Of a stretch of DNA of 64,000 nt, positions 62,124 to 64,000 are shown one piece after another. Within the stretch, counting starts at the first letter, position 1. Every line of letters begins with the position of its first letter. The stretch comes from an uncultured Lentisphaerales bacterium. GTDB taxonomy: Bacteria > Verrucomicrobiota > Lentisphaeria > JABSQK01 > UBA12247. A program made the position numbers and the translations under genes. Below the pieces are notes generated by a model. That model was given only the letters and a program-made list of their open reading frames with translations, ran no database searches and had not been told where the DNA came from. The stretch is from contig CALSSJ010000011.1 of NCBI GenBank assembly GCA_943788985.1, forward strand, positions 128,001 to 192,000, in the 5' to 3' direction.

Positions 62124-64000
62124 ATGATGAGTAAATATCTGCAATTTCTCTGCATCGCTGTTGGTTTGGTCGTCGCTCCGGCGATGGCCCAAGCACCGGC
62201 TGTTTCCGCCCCGCCTTTTGCCGATGATGCGTACTCTTTTTACGTGTTCGGTCCCAATGGTGGACGTCTCGCTGGTCGTGAAGATTCGATTCAGGTCGTA
62301 TTCGCTCGCGTTCCGACTGATTCCGCAGGTCAAATCTCGCTGCAAGTCTATGACCCCGCATCGGGAAGTGCCATGGAAAAGCGGTCCTCGCTGTTCAGCG
62401 GCCCAATCACCACTCGTTTCTCCGTCTATGGCGGGAAGGGTGCATACACGGGGTCACAGACCACGCGGCCGACCAGCGATCAGGCTGGTACCGTTCTGGC
62501 TGATCAGACATTCGTCGAGGAGAATCGTGGCGAGTGGGTCAGCTTTGGTCCCTTCGATCGCAGTGCCGGTGAGACCGTTGATGGACACACCTACTTCAAA
62601 ATCGTCGCTCACGCTCAGGATGGTCGCGGTCCGAACATGTTCCGTGTCGGATCGTCCAACGAAGCCACGGAGTTCTTCGCCTACGATCTGACCGTACATT
62701 TCGTCCGCGATCGCGGTGAAATTATGCGCTATCAGGTCGAACTGCCTGCTGGTCTTGATGCCCTCGTCGAGAACAACTTCGACGTGGACAAAGGTGGTAA
62801 GGTCTACCTAGAGGACATGAATCTTCGCGCCTCTGCGTCCGGAGCCTGGCGTCGTAACCCGGTCAGCGTGCACCCGGCAGCGGGTCTGACTCGGCTACCT
62901 TACAACGTCGTGAAGGACATTCAGGGCTACGCGAATGCTGGCTTCTACTTTGAATCCACCGATGGTGTGGCACTGAAGACCTTCTTTGCTGATGCTCCTG
63001 CACCTGCCCTGACCGGAAACTGTGCCACTGCACAATCCTTCCAGGTCTCTGCGACCAAGTGCATGCCGACCGATGTGACGATCAACGAGGAATTCACCTA
63101 CAACTTGCGCGTGGACGCATCCGGGACTGCCGGGAACGTTCGCCTGCGGGATCAGCTGATGGAAGGCGTGCGTTATGTCTCCAGCGAGCCTGAGGCCACC
63201 AAGACCGGCAACACCCTGACTTGGGCCTGGGAGCAACTGCACGGCGGCGATACCAAGACCATCACGGTTACGGTTGTGCCAGAGAAGGAAGGCGACCTAA
63301 AGAACTGCATCCAGATCCTGTCGGATCCAATGTTGTGCTTGACGACGATCGCTGGTTCGCCCAAGCTGACCATTGCCAAGACGGGGCCTGCTCAGGCACT
63401 GATTAACTCGGAAGTCGAGTACAGCGTCACCGTAAGCAACGTCGGCACTGCCGTCGCACGCAACGTCGTCGTTACTGACAAGCTACCCGATGCATTGTCC
63501 CACGCTTCACAGCAGAAGGCCATTCGCTTCGAACTTGGTGACCTTGAGGCTGGTGCCTCCCGCCAGATTCCTGTGCGTGTGACCGCAACGCAGCGCGGCA
63601 ACCACTGCAACAGTGCCACCGCAGAATCGAGCAACGCGCCCAGCGTCGAAGCTCAGGCTTGCACGAAAGTTGTGCAGCAGGCACTCACGATCAAGAAGAC
63701 TGGTACACCTTTGCAGTTCTTGGGTAAAGTTGCCACCTACAAGATCGTCGTCAACAATCCTGGTGATGTCGCTCTCACGAACGTAGTGGTCGTCGACAGC
63801 GCACCTGCTGGAACCAAGATTGTTGCGGCACCGGATGCTGCCGTGAACGGCAATCTGGCCACGTGGAGTCTCGGTACTGTTGGTGCTGGCAAGTCCAAGA
63901 CCCTTACGCTCAAGTTGACCTCCCGTACTCCGGGCAACCTGTGTAACAACGTAAGCGTCAGCAGCGCCGAAGGTCCCGCCGCGGATTCCCAGGCATGCAC
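62124..64000 (+). CDS. Second OmcB-like DUF11-repeat protein with extra N-terminal domain (3'-truncated by the window edge)
   Basis: SD AGGAG, then ATG 62124 (MMSKYLQFLCIAVGLVVAPAMAQ...). The frame appears open to the window end, which explains its absence from the ORF track. DUF11 repeats begin near 63030. Confidence 0.85.
   Translation, partial: MMSKYLQFLCIAVGLVVAPAMAQAPAVSAPPFADDAYSFYVFGPNGGRLAGREDSIQVVFARVPTDSAGQISLQVYDPASGSAMEKRSSLFSGPITTRFSVYGGKGAYTGSQTTRPTSDQAGTVLADQTFVEENRGEWVSFGPFDRSAGETVDGHTYFKIVAHAQDGRGPNMFRVGSSNEATEFFAYDLTVHFVRDRGEIMRYQVELPAGLDALVENNFDVDKGGKVYLEDMNLRASASGAWRRNPVSVHPAAGLTRLPYNVVKDIQGYANAGFYFESTDGVALKTFFADAPAPALTGNCATAQSFQVSATKCMPTDVTINEEFTYNLRVDASGTAGNVRLRDQLMEGVRYVSSEPEATKTGNTLTWAWEQLHGGDTKTITVTVVPEKEGDLKNCIQILSDPMLCLTTIAGSPKLTIAKTGPAQALINSEVEYSVTVSNVGTAVARNVVVTDKLPDALSHASQQKAIRFELGDLEAGASRQIPVRVTATQRGNHCNSATAESSNAPSVEAQACTKVVQQALTIKKTGTPLQFLGKVATYKIVVNNPGDVALTNVVVVDSAPAGTKIVAAPDAAVNGNLATWSLGTVGAGKSKTLTLKLTSRTPGNLCNNVSVSSAEGPAADSQAC

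Overview
GC-rich bacterial chromosomal window made up mostly of core genes. It most resembles a PVC-superphylum organism, possibly Lentisphaeria-like; this is inferred from OmcB-like DUF11 proteins, a Chlamydia/Bacteroidetes-style topoisomerase IV, the absence of rpmD and a type-2 IleRS. In order it holds: an AsmA-like gene; bolA, a TrhO-RluA fusion and a MazG-like gene; an unannotated 31-aa basic ORF; dapA, dapB and ileS; uncharacterised coiled-coil and repeat proteins; mazG; an orphan TpsB; a 1515-aa single-chain acetyl-CoA carboxylase (CTalpha-linker-CTbeta-BC-BCCP); sulfatase, pgl and IMPase; a split S10/spc ribosomal protein block running directly into rpmH-rnpA-yidD-yidC-jag-coaX; a partial type II secretion cluster; a two-component pair; parE-parC; an operon of an active and a catalytically dead Deg protease with rph, a sigma54 activator and folA; an anti-sigma/vWA protein; a decayed VanZ/TPR region; and two tandem OmcB-like genes. 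Many single-base homopolymer insertions break essential ribosomal genes, so the sequence probably carries consensus errors and pseudogene calls should be read cautiously. I recognised no rRNA, tRNA, CRISPR array or transposase. All calls come from reading motifs by eye; no database search was run.
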